From positions 10,272 through 74,271 of the forward strand of contig CANQJL010000004.1 of assembly GCA_947624245.1 (NCBI GenBank): a DNA stretch of 64,000 bases. Reading direction: 5' to 3'. This document shows, piece after piece, positions 8,188 to 17,512 of this stretch. The stretch is from an uncultured Acetatifactor sp. (GTDB lineage Bacteria; Bacillota; Clostridia; Lachnospirales; Lachnospiraceae). The position numbers were made by a program, and so were the translations under genes. Under the pieces are notes generated by a model. That model saw only the letters and a program-made list of their open reading frames with translations, did not search any database and had not been told where the DNA came from. The stretch's first letter is position 1. Each line of letters starts with the position of its first letter.

Positions 8188-10185
8188 ATGAGAATTGCAA
8201 TGACAGGAAATCCCAATTCAGGCAAGACGACCATGTACAACGCCCTGACAGGACGAAGTGAAAAGGTCGGAAACTGGGCGGGAGTGACGGTTGACAGAAA
8301 GGAACATGCAGTAAAAAAGAATTTTTACGACGGGGACAGCGAGGTGATCGCTGTGGATCTGCCCGGCGCCTATTCCATGTCGCCGTTCACATCGGAGGAA
8401 AGCATCACCAGTTCCTATGTAAAGAACGAGCACCCCGATGTGATCATCAACATCGTAGATGCCACGAACCTAAGCAGGAGCCTGTTCTTCACGACACAGC
8501 TTCTGGAGCTGGGCATTCCCGTGGTAGTGGCGCTGAACAAAAACGACATCAATGAGAAAAAGGATACGAAGATCGATGAGAAGGCGTTGTCGGAGAAGCT
8601 GGGCTGTCCGGTGATCAAGACCACGGCCACCGCGTCTGACGGGCTGAAGGATGTGGTGAATGCAGCAGTTTCTCTCTTTGGGCAGAGCCAGAAGGCGCCC
8701 TACTCTCAGGGCGATATTGACCTGACGAGCAAGCAGGCAGTGGAGGCCGCCGACAGAAAACGGTTTGCATTTGTAAATGAGATCGTGTCGAAGGTGGAAG
8801 TGAGAAAGACACTGACGAAAGAGAAGTCAAAGGACGATGCCATCGATAAGATCATCACTCACCCTGTTCTGGGTATCCTTGTCTTTGCGGCGGTCATGTG
8901 GCTGGTATTCTTCATCTCTCAGTCCACACTGGGAACGTGGCTCTCCGACCTGCTGGCAGGCTGGATCGAGACCTTTCAGGAATGGGTGGCCGGCCGGGTG
9001 GAAAATGCCTCGCCAATCTTGCAGGCGATCCTGGTTGATGGTATCATAGGTGGTGTGGGAGCTGTGGTGGGCTTCCTGCCTCTTGTCATGGTGATGTATT
9101 TCCTGATTGCCCTTTTGGAGGATTGCGGCTATATGGCCAGAGCCACGGTCGTGCTGGATCCGATCTTTAAGAGAGTGGGCCTTTCGGGAAAATCTGTGAT
9201 CCCTATGGTCATCGGGACCGGCTGCGGCGTGCCCGCGATCATGGCGTGCCGTACCATCAAGAACGAAAGAGAGCGCAGGTCAACGGCAATGCTCTGCACG
9301 TTTATGCCCTGTGGCGCAAAGCTTCCTGTGATCGGCCTTTTTGCGGGCGCATTTTTTCCGGATTCCAAATGGGTGGGACCTGTCATGTATTTTGTGGGAA
9401 TCGGTCTGATCCTTCTGGGCGCGCTTCTGATTAAGCAGATCACAGGCATGAAGTACAGAAAGAGCTTTTTCATCATGGAGCTGCCGGAGTACAAGGTGCC
9501 TTCCCTCTGGGCCGCCGTGAAGTCCATGCTGGAGCGTGGAAAAGCGTACATCATCAAGGCGGGAACCATCATTCTCGTCTGCAACACGGTAGTTCAGATC
9601 ATGGCCACCTTTACGCCGCATTTTGCCGTGGCTGCGGAGGACGGTTCGGATTCCATTCTGGCGATGATCGCTTCGCCCTTCGCGGTATTGCTCGTGCCGG
9701 TGGTGGGGTATGTAAGCTGGCAGCTGGCGGCAGCGGCGATCACGGGATTTATCGCAAAGGAGAATGTGGTGGGTACTCTTGCCACGGTATTCTGCCTCAC
9801 GAGCTTTATCGATACGGAGGAGCTTGCGTTGGTGTCCGGCGGAAGCGAGGTGGCTGCCGTTATCGGGCTTACGAAGGTCGCGGCGCTTGCCTATCTGATG
9901 TTCAATCTGTTTACGCCGCCCTGCTTTGCGGCCCTTGGCGCCATGAATTCGGAAATGAGATCTGGAAAATGGCTTGCGGGCGCTATCTGCTTCCAGCTTG
10001 CAACAGGCTATGTGATCGGATTTACGGTATATCAGGTGGGAACGCTGATTACCACAGGGACTTTGGGAGCGGGATTTGCAGGCGGTCTTACGGCAGTCGT
10101 TGTCATAGCGGCAGTGATCGCTTACCTGTGCGCCCGTGCCGGAAGAAATGTGAAGGCAGAGTATGCGCTTGGAGCGAAGGCGTAA
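8188..10185 (+). CDS. feoB: Ferrous iron transporter B
   Basis: GNPNSGKT, NWAGVTV, DLPGAYS, NKND GTPase motifs; CGAKLPV and FIAKENVV membrane motifs. Confidence 0.97.
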   Translation: MRIAMTGNPNSGKTTMYNALTGRSEKVGNWAGVTVDRKEHAVKKNFYDGDSEVIAVDLPGAYSMSPFTSEESITSSYVKNEHPDVIINIVDATNLSRSLFFTTQLLELGIPVVVALNKNDINEKKDTKIDEKALSEKLGCPVIKTTATASDGLKDVVNAAVSLFGQSQKAPYSQGDIDLTSKQAVEAADRKRFAFVNEIVSKVEVRKTLTKEKSKDDAIDKIITHPVLGILVFAAVMWLVFFISQSTLGTWLSDLLAGWIETFQEWVAGRVENASPILQAILVDGIIGGVGAVVGFLPLVMVMYFLIALLEDCGYMARATVVLDPIFKRVGLSGKSVIPMVIGTGCGVPAIMACRTIKNERERRSTAMLCTFMPCGAKLPVIGLFAGAFFPDSKWVGPVMYFVGIGLILLGALLIKQITGMKYRKSFFIMELPEYKVPSLWAAVKSMLERGKAYIIKAGTIILVCNTVVQIMATFTPHFAVAAEDGSDSILAMIASPFAVLLVPVVGYVSWQLAAAAITGFIAKENVVGTLATVFCLTSFIDTEELALVSGGSEVAAVIGLTKVAALAYLMFNLFTPPCFAALGAMNSEMRSGKWLAGAICFQLATGYVIGFTVYQVGTLITTGTLGAGFAGGLTAVVVIAAVIAYLCARAGRNVKAEYALGAKA

Positions 10186-10210
10186 ACGCAGCGATATAGG
10201 ATATGAAATG

Positions 10211-10302
10211 TAAAGACATAAGACATTAAGATATAAGACATTAAGATATAAGACATAGAACGTAAAGATATAAAGCATAAAGACATAAAACATAAAGATA
10301 TA
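10211..10302 (+). repeat. Degenerate 7-8-nt tandem repeat tract
   Basis: About 12 units of (A)AAGACAT / AAGATAT. Confidence 0.85.
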
Positions 10303-10324
10303 GTTCGGAAAAGGAGGCATTTGC

Positions 10325-10474
10325 ATGGCAGATATCATTGTGGCGGCGATCCTGCTGGTCGTCGTATCGGCGGCGGTGTGCTATATCGTGCGAGCCAAGA
10401 AAAAGGGCCGCGGCTGCATCGGCTGTCCCGCTGCCTCGAAAGGCGGCTGCGATTGCTGCAGTCATAAAAAATAA
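10325..10474 (+). CDS. FeoB-associated Cys-rich membrane protein (49 aa, not in the ORF track)
   Basis: AGGAGG RBS; MADIIVAAILLVVVSAAVCYIVRAKKKGRGCIGCPAASKGGCDCCSHKK. Confidence 0.85.
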   Translation: MADIIVAAILLVVVSAAVCYIVRAKKKGRGCIGCPAASKGGCDCCSHKK

Positions 10475-10533
10475 TTCTTCGGTCCAAAGCCTTCGCTGCC
10501 GTCCGTCGCAATCCTCAAAACGGCAGCGGGGGC

Positions 10534-10893
10534 TTATTTTATAAATTTCTTGATCGCCTCGAAGCTTTCCTTGCTGATGACATGTTCGATCCGGCAGGCG
10601 TCTTCCGTGGCGACGGTCTTGTCTACGCCGAGCCTGATGAGCCAGCTGCTCAGGAGCTCGTGGCGTTCATAGATCATCTCGGCGATTTCCCGGCCGCTAT
10701 CGGTCAGATAGATAAATCCCTCTTTGGTCACGGTGATATGGTTCTTTTCGCGCAGATTCTTCATTGCAACGCTGACGCTGGACTTTTTATACCCCAGCTC
10801 CTCGGCAATGTCCACGGAGCGGACTACGGGTTTATGCTTGCTCAAGATCAAGATTGTTTCCAGATAATTTTCCGCCGATTCGTTCACTGTCAT
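10534..10893 (-). CDS. DtxR/MntR-family metal-dependent repressor
   Basis: ESAENYLETI, VRSVDIAEELG, ERHELL, EDACRIEHVIS. Confidence 0.93.
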   Translation of the reverse strand: MTVNESAENYLETILILSKHKPVVRSVDIAEELGYKKSSVSVAMKNLREKNHITVTKEGFIYLTDSGREIAEMIYERHELLSSWLIRLGVDKTVATEDACRIEHVISKESFEAIKKFIK

Positions 10894-11110
10894 GATTGCT
10901 GTCTCCTTCTATTGCAGATTTAATAAAAGTATACCATACCGCGGCAAAAAGGGCAAAAGAAAATCGACCGCCGCAGTTCTAAATTATCATAGCATCTGCG
11001 GAAAAGGTGTGCTACAATAGGTAAAATGAAAAAAGGATAAAATGAGAAAAAGCTAAAATGGGAAAAAAATAAAACAGCGGAAAATTTGCAAAAAAGAGAG
11101 GAAATGCGGT

Positions 11111-13594
11111 ATGAGGACGGTTACATTACAGGAGAATTGGACGCTGCGGCAGGCTGGAACAGAGGAGCGGATACCCGCGAAGGTTCCCGGTTCCGTCTAC
11201 GGCGACCTGCTGGCGGCGGGCAAAATGGAGGATCCCTTTTGGAAGGACAACGAGGATGCGGCCCTTGCGCTGATGGATCATTGCTATGAGTACAGCACGG
11301 TCTTTGACTGTGAGGAGGATATGCTTTCCTCCGATCGGGTCATTCTCCGTTTTGAGGGTCTGGACACCGTGGCAGATGTCTTTTTGAACGACAGGCTGTT
11401 AGGACATGCGGAGAACATGCACCGCACCTGGGAGTACTCCGTAAAGGAACTTCTGAAAAAAGAGGGAAATGAGCTGCGCGTATACTTTTATTCTCCCACC
11501 GCGTACATAGCGGAGGCCTTTCAGAAGGCGCCCACTCTGGGGACGGAGGACGCCATGAACGGCTTCGTGCATCTGCGCAAGGCGCATTACATGTTCGGCT
11601 GGGACTGGGGCGCACATCTGCCGGATGCGGGCATCTGGCGGCCGGTGCTGCTGCTCGGCATTGACACCGCAAGGATCGACAGCGTGGAGGTGCTGCAGTT
11701 CCACGAGGATGGACAGGTACGTCTGAAAATCACGCCGGAGATCGAAACGGCTGCGGAGGGCTCTGAAGCAGGAAAACTGCTGCCGCCGGGAAAGCTTCCG
11801 GAGGGCCTGCAGACCAAAGTGAAAATTACGTCACCCGACGGGGAAGAGAGCATCTATGACTCCTGCGGGGAGGAAATCGTAATTCAGACGCCCAAGCTTT
11901 GGTGGCCCAACGGCTACGGCCAGCAGAATCTGTATACCGTCACTGTGACGCTGGAGCGGGCGGACGGAAAAACGCTGGATATTTGGAGCCGACGGATCGG
12001 CCTGCGCACCGTCACCATGGACCGCACACCCGATCAGTGGGGCGAGCGGTTCGCCGCCTGCGTCAACGGTGTGGACATCTTTTCCATGGGCGCCGACTAT
12101 ATACCGGAGGATCATCTGCTGGGTCGGGTGAACCGTGAGACCACCAGGACCCTTCTGGAGAAGGCCGTTTTTGCCAATTTTAATTCCATTCGTGTCTGGG
12201 GCGGCGGGTACTACCCCGACGACTGGTTCTACGACCTGTGCGATGAGATGGGACTTTTGGTCTGGCAGGACTTTATGTTCGCCTGCGCGGTGTACGATCT
12301 GACGCCCGAGTTCGAGGAAAACATCAAGGCGGAATTTGTCGATAATCTGAAGCGCATCAGGCACCATGCGTCGCTGGGCCTCATGTGCGGCAACAACGAG
12401 ATGGAGCAGTTCGTGAACCAGCGCAACTGGGTCAGCAAGGACAGCGAGGTGCGGGACTACATCATCATGTACGAGTACATTCTGCCCCGCATCATGAAGC
12501 AGTATGCGCCTCAGGTGTTCTATTGGCCGTCCAGCCCCTCTTCGGGGGGATCCTTCGACATGCCGGGGGACGAGAACAGGGGCGATGTGCATTACTGGGA
12601 GGTATGGCACGGAAACAAGCCCTTCTCGGAGTATCGCAAATTCCATTTCCGGTATCTGTCCGAGTTCGGATTTCAGTCCTTCCCGTCCCGTAAGACGGTG
12701 GAGACCTTCACGGACGATGAGCGGGACATGAACATCTTCTCGTACATTATGGAGAAGCATCAGCGGAACGGCTCGGCCAACGGTAAGATCATGAATTATA
12801 TGCAGCAGACCTACAAATATCCGTCCTCCTTTGAGACGGTGGTCTATGCTTCCCAGCTTCTGCAGGCCGATGCCATTCGGTACGGGGTGGAGCATTTCAG
12901 GCGCAATCGCAGCGAATGCCGCTGCATGGGAGCCGTGTACTGGCAGTTCAACGACTGCTGGCCGGTGGCTTCCTGGGCCAGCGTGGATTACTGCCAGAGG
13001 CTGAAGGCGCTGCATTACTACGCAAGGCGTTTCTTTGCGCCGATCATGATCTCCTGCGAGGAGGAGGGCATGATGGGCAGCGGACAGGAGCTGGTGCGCC
13101 TTCCCTTTGCGTTCCCGAAGTCCATTCGCCTGAATGTGGCCAACGAGACCATGCAGGAGGAAAAGCTCACGGTAAAATGGCAGATCAGGGACGCATCGGC
13201 GAAGGTGCTGCGCGCCGAGGAGATACCTGTCACCGTGCCGGCCCTGAGCAGTCTGTGGCTGGAAAAGGTGGAGCTTCCCGACATCGGCATCTACGATCAG
13301 TATGTGAGCTATCAGGCATGTAAAGGGGAGACGGTGGTATCGGAGGGAACGGTGATCTTCTCCTACCCGAAATATTTCCGTTATGAGGATCCCAAGCTCA
13401 GCGCTTCCGTGGAGGGGAACCGCATCACTGTCACTGCTCAAAAGTACGCAAAAAGCGTGGAGATTCTGAACGACAATGAGGACCTGATCCTTTCCGACAA
13501 CTATTTTGACCTAAACGGCGACAGCAAGACCGTGGAAATCCTAAGCGGCAAGGCGGATCATCTGAGACTCCGCAGCGTGTACGATATCCGGTGA
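11111..13594 (+). CDS. Beta-mannosidase, GH2
   Basis: HYMFGWDWG, NSIRVWGGG, VWQDFMFAC, CGNNE (acid/base), SEFGFQS (nucleophile), YWQFNDCWP. Confidence 0.9.
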   Translation: MRTVTLQENWTLRQAGTEERIPAKVPGSVYGDLLAAGKMEDPFWKDNEDAALALMDHCYEYSTVFDCEEDMLSSDRVILRFEGLDTVADVFLNDRLLGHAENMHRTWEYSVKELLKKEGNELRVYFYSPTAYIAEAFQKAPTLGTEDAMNGFVHLRKAHYMFGWDWGAHLPDAGIWRPVLLLGIDTARIDSVEVLQFHEDGQVRLKITPEIETAAEGSEAGKLLPPGKLPEGLQTKVKITSPDGEESIYDSCGEEIVIQTPKLWWPNGYGQQNLYTVTVTLERADGKTLDIWSRRIGLRTVTMDRTPDQWGERFAACVNGVDIFSMGADYIPEDHLLGRVNRETTRTLLEKAVFANFNSIRVWGGGYYPDDWFYDLCDEMGLLVWQDFMFACAVYDLTPEFEENIKAEFVDNLKRIRHHASLGLMCGNNEMEQFVNQRNWVSKDSEVRDYIIMYEYILPRIMKQYAPQVFYWPSSPSSGGSFDMPGDENRGDVHYWEVWHGNKPFSEYRKFHFRYLSEFGFQSFPSRKTVETFTDDERDMNIFSYIMEKHQRNGSANGKIMNYMQQTYKYPSSFETVVYASQLLQADAIRYGVEHFRRNRSECRCMGAVYWQFNDCWPVASWASVDYCQRLKALHYYARRFFAPIMISCEEEGMMGSGQELVRLPFAFPKSIRLNVANETMQEEKLTVKWQIRDASAKVLRAEEIPVTVPALSSLWLEKVELPDIGIYDQYVSYQACKGETVVSEGTVIFSYPKYFRYEDPKLSASVEGNRITVTAQKYAKSVEILNDNEDLILSDNYFDLNGDSKTVEILSGKADHLRLRSVYDIR

Positions 13595-13649
13595 CGGCGT
13601 GCTCCCTAAAAGGAGATTTTGTGAAAGAGCAGTAAGGAGGCCGAGTGGC

Positions 13650-14882
13650 ATGAAGGAGAAATATCAGATCGATACCGGTGAAAATAAGGCGTTCCTGGAA
13701 GAAATCAGAAACGACCTGTTAAGGTTTGGCCGCAAGTTTCCGTCCGATGCGGGTTCCTCTTACTATCTGGGCGACGACGGTACGCCGTGGACGGACAGAC
13801 CCCGCGAGACCTGGATCACCTGCAGAATGGCGCATGTGTACAGCATCGGCAAATTGCTAGGACAGGAGGGCAGCGGCGATCTGGCAGGCGCGGCGCTGAA
13901 GGGTCTTCTGGGAGAACTTTGGGACAGGGAGAACGGAGGCTGGTATTCGGGCATTACGGCGGACGGTCAGATTCTTTCCGGAAAGCAGTGTTATGCTCAT
14001 GCGTTTGTGATTTTGGCGGCCTGCTCCGCTTCCCTTGCGGAGATACCCGAAGCCCCAAAGCTATTAAAAGAAGCCCTCGCAGTGTATGACAGACGGTTCT
14101 GGCAGGAGGAGGAAGGGCTTGCCTGCGATACTTGGAACACGGAGTTTACCGTGCTGGACGATTATCGGGGACTGAACGCCAACATGCATACGGTGGAGGC
14201 TTTTCTTGCGGCCGCAGATGTGACAAAAGAGGAGAAGTACCGGAAAAGAGCGGGCAGGATCATCGACCGGGTCATCGGCTGGGCCTCGGAGAATGCGTGG
14301 AGGATACCGGAGCATTTCACGAAAGACTGGGCGGCGGATCTGGAGTGCAACAGGCTCAGACCGGCGGACCCCTTTAAGCCCTACGGCGCGACTCCGGGAC
14401 ACGGAATCGAATGGGCCCGGCTCATCACACAGTGGGCGCTCTCTGCATATCCCAATGACAGGGAGAAGGTAAAGCCCTATCTCGATGCCGCCGAAAAGCT
14501 GTACTGTCGTGCGGTGGATGACGCCTGGAATGCGGACGGCGCGCCGGGGATCGTCTACACTACGGACTGGCAGGGAAAGCCGGTGGTCCACGACAGAATG
14601 CACTGGACGCTGGCGGAGGCCATCAACACTTCCGCGGTACTGTACAGAACTACGGGAAAAGACAGATATGCTCAGGATTACGCCGCATTTATGGAGTATC
14701 TTGACGGGAAGGTGCTGGACCACGAAAAAGGCTCCTGGTTCCACCAGTTGGACGGTGAGAATCATCTGATCGGCACGGTATGGCCGGGAAAATCGGATCT
14801 CTACCACGCCTTTCAGTCCACGCTCATTCCCTATCACAGGACGGATCTGTCCATTGCCGTGGCGGTGGCGCAGGACAAATAG
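13650..14882 (+). CDS. AGE-family aldose epimerase/isomerase (YihS / mannose-isomerase-like)
   Basis: TCRMAHVY, NANMHTVEAF, PGHGIEW, HWTLAE, DLYHA. Confidence 0.85.
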   Translation: MKEKYQIDTGENKAFLEEIRNDLLRFGRKFPSDAGSSYYLGDDGTPWTDRPRETWITCRMAHVYSIGKLLGQEGSGDLAGAALKGLLGELWDRENGGWYSGITADGQILSGKQCYAHAFVILAACSASLAEIPEAPKLLKEALAVYDRRFWQEEEGLACDTWNTEFTVLDDYRGLNANMHTVEAFLAAADVTKEEKYRKRAGRIIDRVIGWASENAWRIPEHFTKDWAADLECNRLRPADPFKPYGATPGHGIEWARLITQWALSAYPNDREKVKPYLDAAEKLYCRAVDDAWNADGAPGIVYTTDWQGKPVVHDRMHWTLAEAINTSAVLYRTTGKDRYAQDYAAFMEYLDGKVLDHEKGSWFHQLDGENHLIGTVWPGKSDLYHAFQSTLIPYHRTDLSIAVAVAQDK

Positions 14883-14953
14883 GTGGAGCGAAAATGTAAG
14901 AACCGCCGGAAATGTGAAAACGCAGAGAAGCAATGGCCGCAGGAGGGCATGAG

Positions 14954-15919
14954 ATGAAAAAATATGATGTGACGGCAATGGGAGAATTGCTGATTGATTT
15001 TACCCTGAACGGGACTAGCGGTCAGGGCAATCCGCTCTTTGAGGCAAATCCGGGCGGCGCGCCCTGCAACGTGCTTGCCATGCTGCAGAAGCTGGGGAAG
15101 AAGACGGCGTTCATCGGGAAAGTGGGCTCCGACAGGTTCGGCGCACAGCTTAGAAGCACCATCGAGGAGGCCGGAATCGACAGCCGATATCTGTTGAATG
15201 ATCCCGAGATACCGACCACGCTTGCCTTTGTGCACACTCTGCCGGACGGCGACAGAGAATTCTCCTTTTACCGAAAGCCCGGCGCAGACATGATGCTGAC
15301 GGCGGAGGAGATTGCGGAGGAGATGGTGAGCGACACTCGGATCTTTCATTTCGGAACGCTTTCCATGACTCATGAGGGAATCCGGAGTGCCACGCTGAAA
15401 GCGCTGGAATACGCAAAGAAAGCAGGCGCGTTGATCTCCCTGGACCCTAATTTAAGGGAGCCTCTTTGGGATTCGCTTTCGTCTGCGAAAGAGCAGATGC
15501 TGACGGCGCTCTCTTACTGTGACATTCTGAAGATTTCCGACAACGAGATACAGTTTTTGAGCGGCGAGGAAGACTATGACGCAGGAATCGCATGGCTTCG
15601 CGGGAGGTTTGACATTCCCTTGATCTGTCTGACCATGGGAAAGGACGGAAGCAGGGCGTATTACAGAGATCTTCGGGTGGAGGCAAAGGGCTTTGCCCAA
15701 AAGGAGGTGGTGGACACCACCGGCGCGGGAGATACCTTCTGCGGCTGCGTCCTGAATTATGTCTGCGACAACAGTTTGGAGGATCTGACGGAAGAAAAGC
15801 TTCGTAAGATGCTGACGTTCGCCAATGCCGCCGCGTCGCTGGTGACGACGAAGAAAGGCGCGATCCGTTCCATGCCGGACAGGCAGGCGATAGAGGCGCT
15901 GGCGGCGAGGGGCGTGTAG
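14954..15919 (+). CDS. PfkB-family carbohydrate kinase (probable fructokinase)
   Basis: GELLID, PGGAPCNV, DPNLRE, DTTGAGDTF. Confidence 0.9.
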   Translation: MKKYDVTAMGELLIDFTLNGTSGQGNPLFEANPGGAPCNVLAMLQKLGKKTAFIGKVGSDRFGAQLRSTIEEAGIDSRYLLNDPEIPTTLAFVHTLPDGDREFSFYRKPGADMMLTAEEIAEEMVSDTRIFHFGTLSMTHEGIRSATLKALEYAKKAGALISLDPNLREPLWDSLSSAKEQMLTALSYCDILKISDNEIQFLSGEEDYDAGIAWLRGRFDIPLICLTMGKDGSRAYYRDLRVEAKGFAQKEVVDTTGAGDTFCGCVLNYVCDNSLEDLTEEKLRKMLTFANAAASLVTTKKGAIRSMPDRQAIEALAARGV

Positions 15920-16029
15920 AGCGTATGCCCATATAGAATATTTTCAGACAGATATAAGCAAAAAAAGTGCAGTTTGGTCGTATGCGGACGCATGTGACGG
16001 GCTGCGCTTTTTGTTTTGCAAAATATTTC

Positions 16030-16057
16030 TTGACGGGCGTCTGCGGGGGGGTATAAT
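16030..16057 (+). promoter_or_regulatory. Promoter with a G7 tract in the spacer
   Basis: TTGACG-16 bp-TATAAT; G run at 16045-16051. Confidence 0.65.
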
Positions 16058-16105
16058 CAGTGTGTTCTTTTAACTTAAATCACAAAATTTCAGGAGGGGC
16101 AGAAG

Positions 16106-17329
16106 ATGAAAAACAAGGCAATGATTCGGCTTGTCACATTGTTGATGATGGTGATCTTCGGGAGCGTGTTGTCCGGTTGCGGTCAGAAGACCGTGAATCT
16201 GAACAAATACGTAGAGATTGAGATAAGCGGTTATGACACTGTGGGGACCGCGAAGATCAGCTATGACATGGAAGCCTTGCGGAAGGATCTGAAGGACAGG
16301 ATCAAGGTCAATACCAAAGAAATGAATGAATTGACCGCCGGGCTGTATGGGGAGATGAGTTCGGATGACCTGGTAGAAATGCTGCTGATGACCTGCGTGG
16401 ACGGTTCCTTTGACAAGGATTCGGGACTGAAGAACGGGGATAAGGTAGTCTGGACATGGGAGTGTGACGACGAGGCGGCGAAGAAATACTTTAACTGCAA
16501 GCTCAAGTGTTCCGATATCAAAGAGACGGTGGAGGGCTTGAAGGAGGCGACGGTGTTCGACCCGTTTGAGCATGTCACAGTGTCCTATTCGGGAATGGAC
16601 GGCAGCGGGACAATATCCTTGGAGAAGGACAATATGCCGGAAGTAATGTCCTGGATCAGCTTTAGACCATCTGTGGCCGACAGCCTGAAAAACGGTGACA
16701 GCGTCACATTGACGGTGAATGCGGGGACAGATGTGGATGCCCTTGTGGAGCAATTCGGTATGCTGCCCTCTCCAATGGAGAAGACTTATACGGTAGAAGG
16801 ACTGCCGTCTTATCTCTCCTCTTCCGAGCAGATCACGGAGGACGTGCTGGAGAAAATGAAAAAGCAGGCGGAGGATTCCCTGATAGGAAGTACATCGAGA
16901 TCGAGCTGGAATAAGGCAACGGTAATAGATTCCTATGATTATATTGGATATTATCTGATTACTGCCAAGGACAGCTCCACTTACGACATGAAGAATGAAG
17001 TCTATGTGGTATATAAGGTGAATGTCAGTTCCACATTGACGAATTATGACACCGAGACGGATGAAGACTGGTCTGCTTCCTACTATTATTATCTGGGCTT
17101 CAGAGACCTGATGCTTTTGCCGGACGGGACGCTGGCGGTGGATATCAGTGACTATGACAGGCCGGGCACTTTCCGGAAAGATACCGGCATACCCGACCAC
17201 TGGTATGCCGCGTTTGACACCCAAATGCTGAAGTTCGAGGGCTGCGCGGTCTTGGATGACGTGCATAAAGAGGCAATCGTCAGCCACATTGAGTATTACA
17301 ATTATGAGATTAAGATAACAGAGGAATAA
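16106..17329 (+). CDS. Hypothetical lipoprotein
   Basis: Basic N-terminus, hydrophobic core, lipobox LSGC; two internally similar beta-rich segments (GLKNGDKV / SLKNGDSV). Confidence 0.8.
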   Translation: MKNKAMIRLVTLLMMVIFGSVLSGCGQKTVNLNKYVEIEISGYDTVGTAKISYDMEALRKDLKDRIKVNTKEMNELTAGLYGEMSSDDLVEMLLMTCVDGSFDKDSGLKNGDKVVWTWECDDEAAKKYFNCKLKCSDIKETVEGLKEATVFDPFEHVTVSYSGMDGSGTISLEKDNMPEVMSWISFRPSVADSLKNGDSVTLTVNAGTDVDALVEQFGMLPSPMEKTYTVEGLPSYLSSSEQITEDVLEKMKKQAEDSLIGSTSRSSWNKATVIDSYDYIGYYLITAKDSSTYDMKNEVYVVYKVNVSSTLTNYDTETDEDWSASYYYYLGFRDLMLLPDGTLAVDISDYDRPGTFRKDTGIPDHWYAAFDTQMLKFEGCAVLDDVHKEAIVSHIEYYNYEIKITEE

Positions 17330-17336
17330 AGAGGAT

Positions 17337-17384
17337 TCGGGGCAGGAAACCTATTTGTCGTTCAGGGCTTCCTGCCCCGATTTT
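17337..17384 (+). terminator. Terminator after the lipoprotein gene
   Basis: TCGGGGCAGGAA ... TTCCTGCCCCGA followed by TTTT. Confidence 0.6.
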
Positions 17385-17512
17385 AATGTGTTATAATTGC
17401 TGACAGAGAATGTAAGGCTTCCGCCGCGCTTTTTTATTGAAAAAAATTTCCGCATATGTTATTTTATATGTTGTGTTCCGATTTATTTCAGGAAAAAGAA
17501 TGTGAGGGTAAT

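Noticed and set aside
11831-13441. Long antisense ORFs (e.g. 536 aa here, 736 aa at 35969-38179, 560 aa at 45485-47167)
   Set aside because: Shadow frames of GC-rich genes on the opposite strand, with no recognisable motifs or RBS
17385-17512. T-box leader for hisS-aspS
   Set aside because: No T-box consensus or terminator/antiterminator pair recognised
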